The translations under genes were made by a program, and so were the position numbers. The notes beneath the pieces are model-generated. The model worked only from the letters and a program-made list of their open reading frames with translations. It made no database searches and was not told the origin of the DNA. Shown one piece after another: positions 1 to 8,690 of a DNA stretch of 20,000 bases. The number at the start of each line of letters is the position of its first letter. The stretch's first letter is position 1. This DNA is from an uncultured virus (IMG/VR IMGVR_UViG_3300020201_000017) (lineage: Duplodnaviria; Heunggongvirae; Uroviricota; Caudoviricetes): IMG/VR virus record IMGVR_UViG_3300020201_000017. One strand, written 5' to 3'.

Positions 1-2
1 TA

Positions 3-446
3 GAAAAAGAATTAGACCATTCTGCCAGTATTGGTAGACCAGGAATAGGTTTAGCCGCTCCTCAAATAGGAATAGCTAAGAATATTGCAATAGTTAGAAT
101 TAATAAAGAATTAAGCTTCAATTTAATTAACGCTAGAATTAATAATGTTTATGATCAAAAGATATTTGAAAATGAAGGCTGTTTATCATTTCCAGGTGAA
201 TTTGTAAAAACGCTAAGATATGATGAAATTCATGTAACTAATCATTATGAGAATAAACGAGAATCATTTATATTAACAGGATTGCCAGCAGTTGTTTGGC
301 AGCACGAGCACAATCATTTACATGAAATTTTATTATCTGATATTGCTATAAAAGATAAAATCATAAAAAAACAAAAAATGCGACCAAATGATCTGTGTTC
401 ATGCGGTTCTGGTAAAAAATATAAAAAATGTTGCGTAAAGGCTTAA
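3..446 (+). CDS. def: Peptide deformylase with C-terminal SEC-C motif (5' end lies before the window; absent from ORF track)
   Basis: Manual translation from nt 3: EKELDHSASIGRPGIGLAAPQIG...ENEGCLSFPG...VWQHEHNHLHEIL...KMRPNDLCSCGSGKKYKKCCVKA*. All three PDF motifs (GxGxAAxQ, EGCLS, HExxH) plus the SEC-C consensus CxCGSGKKYKKCC. Confidence 0.95.
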   Translation, partial: EKELDHSASIGRPGIGLAAPQIGIAKNIAIVRINKELSFNLINARINNVYDQKIFENEGCLSFPGEFVKTLRYDEIHVTNHYENKRESFILTGLPAVVWQHEHNHLHEILLSDIAIKDKIIKKQKMRPNDLCSCGSGKKYKKCCVKA

Positions 447-447
447 T

Positions 448-696
448 ATGACTGAAGAAAGTGATAAAATTGTTGAATTAGAAAAAATTATAAAAGATCT
501 TGAAAAAGATCTTTTAAGAAGTAATGGCGCTCAAGTAGAATGTTTTGTTAGAATTAATTCTTTAGAGAAACTTTTGCTTCAAAAAGGAATTTTTTCTGAA
601 AAAGAATATGAAGATTCTGTAAAAAAGAATATTGAAACGTTTGGAGCTGCGATGGAAGCTGCTCTCAAAGCAAGAATTGAAAATAATATAAATTAA
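448..696 (+). CDS. Hypothetical helical/coiled-coil protein
   Basis: 82-aa ORF starting 1 nt after the def stop; TAATG overlap with the next gene. Confidence 0.75.
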   Translation: MTEESDKIVELEKIIKDLEKDLLRSNGAQVECFVRINSLEKLLLQKGIFSEKEYEDSVKKNIETFGAAMEAALKARIENNIN

Positions 697-959
697 TGAT
701 TAACGTTAAATTATTTTATGCAGAGTGGAGCAGACCAAGTGTTGCTGTTAAAAATATTATAAACAAAATGCAAAATGAATTTTCATTAATTAATTTTGAA
801 TATCTTGAGTACGATAATGATAAACAAGCTTTTTTTAAGTTAAATGATATTGTTAATCTTCCAACAGTAGTGATATATAAAGATAGCATTGAAGTAAAAC
901 GAATCGAAGGCTCGTTTTTAACCAGCCCTCTAAGGAAATTTCTAATTAAATTAAAATAA
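696..959 (+). CDS. Thioredoxin-fold protein lacking catalytic cysteines (WSRPS)
   Basis: FYAEWSRPS aligns to F-x-A-x-W-C-x-P-C; LPTVVIYKD...VKRIEG matches the cis-Pro strand and C-terminal part of thioredoxins. Confidence 0.85.
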   Translation: MINVKLFYAEWSRPSVAVKNIINKMQNEFSLINFEYLEYDNDKQAFFKLNDIVNLPTVVIYKDSIEVKRIEGSFLTSPLRKFLIKLK

Positions 960-967
960 AGGAAAAA

Positions 968-1333
968 ATGGCTACAAAAAAAGCAAGTAAAGTTTCAAAA
1001 TCAGCAAAATTAACTCCTAAAACAGTTGTGCAAAATGTTAAAGATAATATTGCTGATCTTGTTGTTGATTTAACACCAAAAGTTAAAGAAGAAAAGAATT
1101 TGCAATCTTCTTCTGAACACGCTCTTTGGTCTGAATTAAAAGATAGACAAATTCAAGCATTTGGTTTACCAAAACAGAAAGTTTGCGATCATGTTAAATT
1201 TAAATCAGGTGCTGGAAGTAAAATTATTGTTACTTTGAAAGCATCAGCTATTCTTCCATTATTAGAAGAGACATTTTTTAAAGAATATTTATTTGAACAG
1301 AGTGAAAAATACGTAGTAATTACCAAGATTTAA
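968..1333 (+). CDS. Hypothetical protein with Lys/Ser/Ala-rich N-terminus
   Basis: 121-aa ORF, AAGGA Shine-Dalgarno upstream. Confidence 0.75.
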   Translation: MATKKASKVSKSAKLTPKTVVQNVKDNIADLVVDLTPKVKEEKNLQSSSEHALWSELKDRQIQAFGLPKQKVCDHVKFKSGAGSKIIVTLKASAILPLLEETFFKEYLFEQSEKYVVITKI

Positions 1334-1337
1334 AAAT

Positions 1338-1793
1338 GTGGATATACCTAAAATACAATTATTATTGGGTTGCTTTGGCTACCAGGAAAACGGATTCGTA
1401 TCCTGCAGAGGTTGTGAAAATTGTATTTTATTGATTGATTCTCAAACTGATCAATATAAGGTAATGATGGATTATCTTGATTCCTGCCGTCTTTTTGATA
1501 AAGCTTTATTTGAATATAATTCTATTAATGGTTTTATTAGAAATATGCAAGCCAAGTTTGATCAGGCAAGTAGAGATAGGACTCTTTGGAATGAAAAAGA
1601 GTATAGGCTATTTCAAAAGTTCATTGCTGAGCATAGATCTTGTGGTTTATATGTAAAATTACTACCTATTGATGATAATAAAATAGAATTAAAGAGTATT
1701 GAGGAAAAAAGTATTACTGTTAAAACGCCAAATAATTTAAATAAAAAAATAATTACTCAAAAAATTAAATTAAATTTGCGATGTAGAAGGTAA
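1338..1793 (+). CDS. Hypothetical protein, possible Zn-binding (CRGCENC ... HRSC)
   Basis: 151-aa ORF tightly packed between neighbours; GTG start. Confidence 0.7.
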   Translation: MDIPKIQLLLGCFGYQENGFVSCRGCENCILLIDSQTDQYKVMMDYLDSCRLFDKALFEYNSINGFIRNMQAKFDQASRDRTLWNEKEYRLFQKFIAEHRSCGLYVKLLPIDDNKIELKSIEEKSITVKTPNNLNKKIITQKIKLNLRCRR

Positions 1794-1805
1794 GGGTATT
1801 TTTGT

Positions 1806-2009
1806 ATGGTGAACGAGCGAAAAGATTATAATAATTTAGTAGAAGCTAGTATTTCTGTGCTAGAATCTAAAAAATTGTCTTATAAAAAATCGTTCTGTAT
1901 TGCTTGCGGATTAGAGTTTCGTGCCATATTAATACCTATTTGTTCTGATTGTTTAGATAGTGAATGTGATATTTATGTAGACAGGATAGACGGTGATGAA
2001 ACAAAGTGA
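1806..2009 (+). CDS. Small putative zinc-finger protein
   Basis: CIAC-x10-CSDC cysteine pairs. Confidence 0.6.
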   Translation: MVNERKDYNNLVEASISVLESKKLSYKKSFCIACGLEFRAILIPICSDCLDSECDIYVDRIDGDETK

Positions 2010-2247
2010 TTATAACTCCTGTTTGTTATATTTGTTATACTTATCAAAATCTAATATGATTTTTTTAGAACTTAAAATTGATGAATACCCTTCTGTACAA
2101 GAAGTTCCATCAGGATTATATGAAGAAATTCTATTAGAAACAGATAAATATTATAAAATTCATAATAAACTATCAAAATACTTTGCTTCAGAGTCAAATG
2201 TTGATAAACATTTAAAAATGTTTGAAAAACAAGTTGCAAAAGCTTAA
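1993..2247 (+). CDS. Hypothetical protein
   Basis: 84-aa ORF overlapping the previous gene's end; start may be ATG 1996. Confidence 0.65.
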   Translation: MMKQSDYNSCLLYLLYLSKSNMIFLELKIDEYPSVQEVPSGLYEEILLETDKYYKIHNKLSKYFASESNVDKHLKMFEKQVAKA

Positions 2248-2270
2248 TATCAATAATTTACCATATAATA

Positions 2271-2471
2271 ATGGATAGAAATCATCGAAAAACTTTATTA
2301 AAAGCTTTAATAAAAAAAATGAAAGAGTTAAATCTTACGGAAACTGATGATATTGGTGATATATTACCTAATAACAAGATACAATATTTAAACCCTCAGG
2401 ATAGACAAAGCCCAAATTATGGCTATATGACTATTTCTGAAATGGCTGCTGGAACTCCAAATATATTCTAA
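2271..2471 (+). CDS. Hypothetical protein
   Basis: 66-aa ORF filling the gap between neighbours on the coding strand. Confidence 0.65.
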   Translation: MDRNHRKTLLKALIKKMKELNLTETDDIGDILPNNKIQYLNPQDRQSPNYGYMTISEMAAGTPNIF

Positions 2472-2481
2472 GGTGAATCTC

Positions 2482-2868
2482 ATGAGAACAATTACAGAAA
2501 ATCAATTTAATCGTTTAGTAATTCAGGCTGAAGAAGCTGAAAAACAAAAACTAACAAAGATTGCAACAAATCTTACAAAGCAGGTTGAAAAAGTTTCGGT
2601 TCGTCCTGATGATGCGTCATATATATATGCTCAATCCTCTTTGTCAGAGGATGTAGAAGTATCATTGTGGGATGCAGCCATCCGTATATCAGATTTCCAC
2701 AATGCCTCTGTAGACGCCGTAGAGATGCAAGGGCTGATTGAGACCTTTGCTAAGGCGCTGATTAAAGAAATTGAAATTAAAGCTAATTGCGAACATGGTG
2801 TGGGCGCATATGAACCATCAGTGCCAGGAGAAGACAGAGAGACGGTGGCTATTGAAATTGAGGAATAA
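2482..2868 (+). CDS. Hypothetical acidic protein
   Basis: ORF track start is GTG 2473; ATG 2482 is preceded by an SD-like AAGGTG. Ala/Glu-rich. Confidence 0.75.
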   Translation: MRTITENQFNRLVIQAEEAEKQKLTKIATNLTKQVEKVSVRPDDASYIYAQSSLSEDVEVSLWDAAIRISDFHNASVDAVEMQGLIETFAKALIKEIEIKANCEHGVGAYEPSVPGEDRETVAIEIEE

Positions 2869-2870
2869 TT

Positions 2871-3341
2871 ATGAGCGAAAAAATTGCTTTTAGTGATGAA
2901 AACGCTGATGTTATTGATGAAAAAAACAAAGGTATCAAAATAGATCGTAAAAAATCTATGTTTCAATCAACAAAAGATCAAGAGCATACCGCAGATCAGT
3001 TCTCTGAAGAGATAACTGATTATCAAAACAAAGAAAAAATGCTAGCAAATCGCACACTTGATGCATCAATTAGATTCAGAGATGCTTTGAATGACAAGAC
3101 ATTATCTGAAAACAAAACTCCTCAAGATAAAGATATTGAAAAATCAATCATGAAAGAATTATGTCAAGTTGCTTTAGAAATGAATAATGATGAAAATAAA
3201 CCTGAAGGTGCTGGGTCCGTTGGACTTCACAGTTTAATTTTAAATATGTTCTTACTACAAAGAAACACCATAAATTCTTTGAATTATAAAATATTTAAAT
3301 TATCAGAAGAAATTAAAAGTTTAAAAAATAATGGCAAATAA
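2871..3341 (+). CDS. Hypothetical helical protein
   Basis: 156-aa ORF, GAGGA SD upstream, coiled-coil-like C-terminus. Confidence 0.8.
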   Translation: MSEKIAFSDENADVIDEKNKGIKIDRKKSMFQSTKDQEHTADQFSEEITDYQNKEKMLANRTLDASIRFRDALNDKTLSENKTPQDKDIEKSIMKELCQVALEMNNDENKPEGAGSVGLHSLILNMFLLQRNTINSLNYKIFKLSEEIKSLKNNGK

Positions 3342-3561
3342 AGATATAGATAATACTTATATTGTCGAGTTGTTGGCGCAAGAAATACAGACATATAGTG
3401 AATACGTAAGATTATGTGTGAGATACAAAATTCAACCAAACCCGATAGTAGAAGCGTCATCATTAGCCACTCAAAATATCTTGAAGAAGATAATGGATGG
3501 CAGACCAATATCGGATCAAATGCTGAACGAGAATGGTCAAAAGAATATAATTTTAAAATAA
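3331..3561 (+). CDS. Hypothetical protein overlapping the primase zinc-finger ORF
   Basis: 76-aa ORF whose start overlaps the upstream gene end; amphipathic-helix-like sequence (YIVELLAQEIQTYSEYVRLC). Confidence 0.6.
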   Translation: MANKDIDNTYIVELLAQEIQTYSEYVRLCVRYKIQPNPIVEASSLATQNILKKIMDGRPISDQMLNENGQKNIILK

Positions 3562-4109
3562 TTAAATTAGCTAACAAACAGAGTTCATTATTACAATCTT
3601 TAAGTAATAAAAATATAAAATTTGAAATAAATTACAGCACATCTGGTTGGACCCATAAAAGCTGTTGTCCGTTTCCAGATCATCAAGATAAGACTCCATC
3701 TTTTCATTATAATTCATCTGATGATATATTTAAATGCCACGGGTGTGGCAGAGTTGGTGGGAATGTAGAATTTTTATCTTTTTTAACAGGAAAAAAGAAA
3801 ACAGAAGTAGCTAAAAGCATATTAGATAAAGAAAATATAACAAGTGATATTTATGACTCTATTTATGAAGATATAGATGATAGGTTTGATGTATTAATGA
3901 AGCAGGCTTCGGATTGTGCTCGTTCTTTTTTAAGAAAAAATAATGAGAAAAAACACTTATCTATAATTGAAAAGTTATTTTGGAATATAGACCTTTACAT
4001 AGAAAAATATTTTGGTACGGACATGTACAGTTCTGATGACTTACAGGTTAGAATTAATTATATTAAAGAAAGATTAGAAGAATATGAGCAACAGTCTAAT
4101 AGTAGGTGA
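3414..4109 (+). CDS. DnaG-type CHC2 zinc-finger protein without TOPRIM catalytic domain
   Basis: CPFPDHQDKTPSF...FKCHGCGRVGGNVEFL matches the zf-CHC2 primase zinc-binding domain; the remaining ~100 aa look helical with no EG..D / DxD TOPRIM motifs. True start uncertain. Confidence 0.85.
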   Translation: MCEIQNSTKPDSRSVIISHSKYLEEDNGWQTNIGSNAEREWSKEYNFKIIKLANKQSSLLQSLSNKNIKFEINYSTSGWTHKSCCPFPDHQDKTPSFHYNSSDDIFKCHGCGRVGGNVEFLSFLTGKKKTEVAKSILDKENITSDIYDSIYEDIDDRFDVLMKQASDCARSFLRKNNEKKHLSIIEKLFWNIDLYIEKYFGTDMYSSDDLQVRINYIKERLEEYEQQSNSR

Positions 4110-5298
4110 TTTGCATATTGGAAAAGGTTTATCAATTGGCAAACCTGGTGTTGGCAATAATTATAATAGCCGCATTATAGATCAACTAAATCTTTTAAAT
4201 TGGATTACTGATGTTGTTCATGAAAAAAACGTTGATCGCATCATTTTAACTGGTGATATTTTTGAAGATTTAAAACCACCATATTATCAATCCAAACTAT
4301 TTATTGATTGGTTAAAAAGAATTGAAAGTGACGGTATTGATATTCATATCATAATAGGTAATCATGATATTACAAGATCAGGTGCTACAATTATCTCTCC
4401 GGTTTTAGATTTAATAAATTCATGTGATTTTCAAAATGTTTATATTTATTATAATATAGAAACTATTGAAACAGAACTGGTTGATTTTACTTTTATTCCA
4501 TTTCGCGATAGAAGGTCTTTACAATGCGAAACCCACGGTGAGGCATTATCTATAATTAAAAACTGTTTAGAATTTGAAGTATCAGCAATTTCTAAAATGA
4601 AAAAGAAAGTGATTGTTGGTCATTTAGCCCTTGAAGGGGCTATTTATGTTGGAGATGAATGCGATGATTCATTAAACGAATTAATTTGTCCATTAAGTAT
4701 GTTTACAGATTACGATTATACTTGGATGGGTCATGTTCACAGGCCTCAAGTTAAATCAGAAACGCCATTTATAGCTCATACTGGCAGTTTAGATCTTTCT
4801 GATTTTGGAGAGACAGATCATACCAAAAATTTAATTTTAATTAATCCAAAATCAGATGATTTTTTTGAAAACATACCAGTACCTAGCAGACCATTAAGAC
4901 GTTTAAAAATAAATGTTGCAAATAAAGATATTAATTCCACAGAATATGTAATGGAAATAATTTCGGGTCAACACGAAGGATCATCGTATAAAAACGCTAT
5001 TGTTAAAATTGAAATAACATTATGTGGAGAAGAAATCGAAAATATTAACTTAGATAAAGTTACTGAATTTATATATTCTTTGGGAGCTTATTATATTTCA
5101 TCTATAACACAATCAAGGCAAATATCAGTTATAGCTGTGGATCAAAAAGACTCTGTAGATAACAGTATTGACCCAAAATCAGCTGTAAAACTGTATTCTG
5201 AATATATTTCCAATGATGATTTAGAAAAATCACAATTTATATTGCTTTGTAATTCAATAATTGACGAATGTAAGGAGAAATCTCGTGAAACCAATTAA
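4084..5298 (+). CDS. sbcD: Mre11/SbcD-family (T4 gp47-like) DNA repair nuclease
   Basis: Metallophosphoesterase motifs GDLH, GDIF, GNHD, GH, GHVH; adjacent to a Rad50-like ATPase. Confidence 0.93.
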   Translation: MSNSLIVGDLHIGKGLSIGKPGVGNNYNSRIIDQLNLLNWITDVVHEKNVDRIILTGDIFEDLKPPYYQSKLFIDWLKRIESDGIDIHIIIGNHDITRSGATIISPVLDLINSCDFQNVYIYYNIETIETELVDFTFIPFRDRRSLQCETHGEALSIIKNCLEFEVSAISKMKKKVIVGHLALEGAIYVGDECDDSLNELICPLSMFTDYDYTWMGHVHRPQVKSETPFIAHTGSLDLSDFGETDHTKNLILINPKSDDFFENIPVPSRPLRRLKINVANKDINSTEYVMEIISGQHEGSSYKNAIVKIEITLCGEEIENINLDKVTEFIYSLGAYYISSITQSRQISVIAVDQKDSVDNSIDPKSAVKLYSEYISNDDLEKSQFILLCNSIIDECKEKSRETN

Positions 5299-7444
5299 TT
5301 TATGTATTGAGAAATTCATGGGTCACTCTCAAAGTGATATTGATTTCACTAATTTTAACAGTTGTTTGATTGTTGGTGTTAATAAAAATAATAATCGTAT
5401 ATCTAATGGCGTTGGTAAGAGTACAATATTTCATGCTATTGAATATGTGTTGTATAACGAATATCCGTGTAAAAAAGCTGAGAAAATAATTAAAGATGGT
5501 GAAAGCAAATGTAAAGTTGAGTTTATTTTTGAAATTAATGAACAGATTTATAAAGCACGCAGAGAAAGAACTAAGTCAGTATCCAATTTATATTTGGAGA
5601 GACAGTTAACTGATGGATCATGGGAAGAAATATCTGGTAAAAGTAACTCTGAAACGGAGCTTGAGTTACTTAAAATTATTAAACTAAATTATAAAGCTTT
5701 TAAAAATTGCGTTTTGTTTTCTCAAGGCGATCTTGACGGGCTAGCTTCCACATCATCAGATAAAAGAAAAGACTTATTAAAAGAGCCGTTACAATTATCT
5801 AATTATAATGCTTATAGTAAAGCTGCAAAAAAGAAATTAGATACGGAAAAGCTTAATTTTGAAAAAAATCAAGTTTTAGTTGAATCTTTAGGTAATCCAA
5901 GCGAAGATATTGATTTATTTACTATTAAAGTTGATGAAATTAAAAATAGTAATGTTTTTAATAAAAAAGAAAAAAATTCTTTGCAGGTTTTGCTAGAATC
6001 ACAAGTCCAATCATTATCAGATCTAGATAATACACTAAAATCTGCGGCATCAAATACGGTAAATCAAATACACGATTTAGATGTAGATTTAAAAGTATTA
6101 AATAGTGATTTAAAAAAATCACTCGGTAATGACGAAACAAATTCTAAAAAGCTTGAATTTTTATTATTAAACCTAGTAAATAAACAGAGCACACTTGATG
6201 AAAAAAAGACATTATTAACACAAATACAAGTTGAAACAAAAAGAAATATTTTAGATGTAAAAAAAGAACTTGAATCAGTTTCTAGTAAAGAAAGTGATGG
6301 TAAGAATTTTCTTTTAAATTTAAAAAATCAAAAAAATAAATTAGAAAAAGAATTACCTGAGAAAAGTAAGTGTGATATATGTCTACAAAACATTGGTGAA
6401 GATCATCGTCACAATTATAGCGTATATAAAGAATCAAAAATAACAGAAATTAATTCAAATTATGAGTTGTATTCGATAAAACTAGATAAATGCATAGCGT
6501 GTAGAGAAGCTTTATCCAAAGAAATTTATGAAATTGAGTTTTATAATGATAAAATAAAATCGTTAATTTCGGATATAGCAAATTATAAAAGTAATATTTT
6601 ATTAGAATCAGAGTCAGTCAGCACTTATAAAGATATAGTTAAACAAAATAAAATAACTATAGAAGATCTTAAAAATAAAATATATTTAGCTGAACAACGT
6701 AAAGATCATTTACTATCTATATCTGTCGAAAACAAAAATGAAGAAATTAATGATAAAATATTAAAATTAAAATTAAATATTAATATTTCTCGGTCTAGTA
6801 TTAATAAATTGATAGAAACAATTTCATCGAGCGATACATTTCTTGGTGTTTATGCAGAAAAGCTTCATAAAAGACAAGACGACTTGCTTAAGTTAAACGT
6901 TTTAATTGCAGATGCTGTGTTAATTCGAAAACAAATAAATTTAAATGAAAAAGTTCTGAAAGCTTTTGGTCCAAACGGCATCCCTACGATGATTATTAAT
7001 AATATATTAGATGATTTACAAATCGAAGGAAACAGTATACTATCAGAAATGAGGCCATCATTACAGTTTCAGTTTATTTCTAATAATGAAACTGATTCAT
7101 TAGATATAATTTTCAATGTACATGGTAAAAATAGAGATTATGAATTACTTTCAGGTGGTCAGAAATTATATTTTGCTTTAGCATTTAAACTTGGGCTATC
7201 TAAGGTTATTCAAAAAAGAGTTGGAATAAAAATAAACTTTATAGGTTTAGATGAAGTAGATCAATCTCTGGATCTTGACGGCATTGATGCTTTTTCTGAT
7301 ATAATTAAAAAGTTGCAAAATCAATTTAAAATATTAATTATTACTCATAATGAACATATTAAAAGTAAATTTAATCATTTTATTATTGTTGAAGGTGATG
7401 ATGCAAACGGTTCTTGTGCAAAATATTCGGCAAACTTGGAGTAA
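5285..7444 (+). CDS. sbcC: Rad50/SbcC-family (T4 gp46-like) SMC ATPase
   Basis: Walker A NGVGKST, Q-loop FSQG, long coiled coil with zinc hook CDIC, signature LSGGQ, Walker B/D-loop LDEVDQSLD, H-loop ITH. GTG 5285 follows AAGGAG and is preferred to TTG 5261. Confidence 0.95.
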   Translation: MKPINLCIEKFMGHSQSDIDFTNFNSCLIVGVNKNNNRISNGVGKSTIFHAIEYVLYNEYPCKKAEKIIKDGESKCKVEFIFEINEQIYKARRERTKSVSNLYLERQLTDGSWEEISGKSNSETELELLKIIKLNYKAFKNCVLFSQGDLDGLASTSSDKRKDLLKEPLQLSNYNAYSKAAKKKLDTEKLNFEKNQVLVESLGNPSEDIDLFTIKVDEIKNSNVFNKKEKNSLQVLLESQVQSLSDLDNTLKSAASNTVNQIHDLDVDLKVLNSDLKKSLGNDETNSKKLEFLLLNLVNKQSTLDEKKTLLTQIQVETKRNILDVKKELESVSSKESDGKNFLLNLKNQKNKLEKELPEKSKCDICLQNIGEDHRHNYSVYKESKITEINSNYELYSIKLDKCIACREALSKEIYEIEFYNDKIKSLISDIANYKSNILLESESVSTYKDIVKQNKITIEDLKNKIYLAEQRKDHLLSISVENKNEEINDKILKLKLNINISRSSINKLIETISSSDTFLGVYAEKLHKRQDDLLKLNVLIADAVLIRKQINLNEKVLKAFGPNGIPTMIINNILDDLQIEGNSILSEMRPSLQFQFISNNETDSLDIIFNVHGKNRDYELLSGGQKLYFALAFKLGLSKVIQKRVGIKINFIGLDEVDQSLDLDGIDAFSDIIKKLQNQFKILIITHNEHIKSKFNHFIIVEGDDANGSCAKYSANLE

Positions 7445-7447
7445 AAG

Positions 7448-8353
7448 ATGATTATTTGTTTATCTGGAAGAATAAAAAGTGGTAAGTCAACAATAGCAAA
7501 CGATTTAGTCACTAACAAAGGTTTTAAAAAAATTTCCATTGCTTACTTTTTAAAAGATAGTATTTCAAAACTATATAATATAGACATTATCAACTGTTTT
7601 GACCAGAATTTAAAAAATAAAAAAAGAAAAGACCTTCGTTGGGACTCTGAAATTGCAAAAAAATATGCTTTAGACCATGGTTTAGATTATAATAAACTAT
7701 ATTTTGGTTCAATTGATGATAAGATTTTTGAAGACATCAGAGATGCTTTAACATATATTGGAACAAATATTTTGCGAAGATATGATGAAAACTTTCACGT
7801 CAAAAGGGCATTACTAGAAGTAGTTGATGATTTTGAAAATTATGTTTGTGATGATGTTAGATTCCAGAATGAAAAACAAGCTTTTGAAAAGGCTGGTGCT
7901 AAATGTTTTTTCATTTTACGACCACATAATTTTGAATATTTAAACCATATATCGGAAACATCTCTAACATGTAAAGATTTTAGCAATTTTATAATTAATA
8001 ATAGTTCTTTTACAGAATTAATCATAACAGCTAATGATGCTATATTTAATAATAAAAAAATTAGTATTGAAGTTGATCATACAGTGTTTATTTATAAAAA
8101 TATTAACGATGCTTTCTGGGCCGGTTTTATCCAAGGCAATAATTCATTACATTTTGATCAAAAAACTCAAAAATATAAATTAGTAATTTCTAGCGAAAAA
8201 AATAAAATTATTAATGATTTTTGTAATTTTTTAAAGATAGGTTTGTTCCAATATGTAACCCTAGGTACACCTGATGAAAAACCAACTCAGTATGTTGTTG
8301 AAACTGATAATCCTTTCATTTTGGAAAATATAAAGCTTTGGGATATTCATTAA
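7448..8353 (+). CDS. Deoxynucleoside monophosphate kinase (T4 gp1-like) with C-terminal degenerate LAGLIDADG-like extension
   Basis: P-loop SGRIKSGKST, RDALTYIGTNILR, DDVRFQNE, HISET are phage dNMP kinase motifs; tail contains AFWAGFIQGNNS. Confidence 0.85.
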   Translation: MIICLSGRIKSGKSTIANDLVTNKGFKKISIAYFLKDSISKLYNIDIINCFDQNLKNKKRKDLRWDSEIAKKYALDHGLDYNKLYFGSIDDKIFEDIRDALTYIGTNILRRYDENFHVKRALLEVVDDFENYVCDDVRFQNEKQAFEKAGAKCFFILRPHNFEYLNHISETSLTCKDFSNFIINNSSFTELIITANDAIFNNKKISIEVDHTVFIYKNINDAFWAGFIQGNNSLHFDQKTQKYKLVISSEKNKIINDFCNFLKIGLFQYVTLGTPDEKPTQYVVETDNPFILENIKLWDIH

Positions 8354-8380
8354 GCACTGAATAATACAGTATTCTTGTGT

Positions 8381-8689
8381 ATGGCTTTAAAATTAAATGA
8401 AGAATTAGCAAATCAATATATTGAACTTTTAGAAAAAAAAGGTGAGGTCGGGCTTTACAAACAAGCCATAGCTGTAGGTGTTCGTGCATCTGTTGAAATA
8501 AAAAATCCAGAAAACGATATATTAAACTTATCAGAAGCTTTTTTATTAAAATACAGAGTGACTGCTAACTTTAATTATTTTATAATTAGCAAATGTTTGC
8601 GCCGGGCAGCTCATGTTTTATACAGAGAATTTTTAAAAAAGAATAATCGCGCCGATATTAATAAGCGGTTTTTAAATATGGTGAAATAA
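8381..8689 (+). CDS. Hypothetical basic helical protein
   Basis: ORF track gives TTG 8375; in-frame ATG 8381 is more plausible; abuts the next gene. Confidence 0.7.
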   Translation: MALKLNEELANQYIELLEKKGEVGLYKQAIAVGVRASVEIKNPENDILNLSEAFLLKYRVTANFNYFIISKCLRRAAHVLYREFLKKNNRADINKRFLNMVK

Positions 8690-8690
8690 A

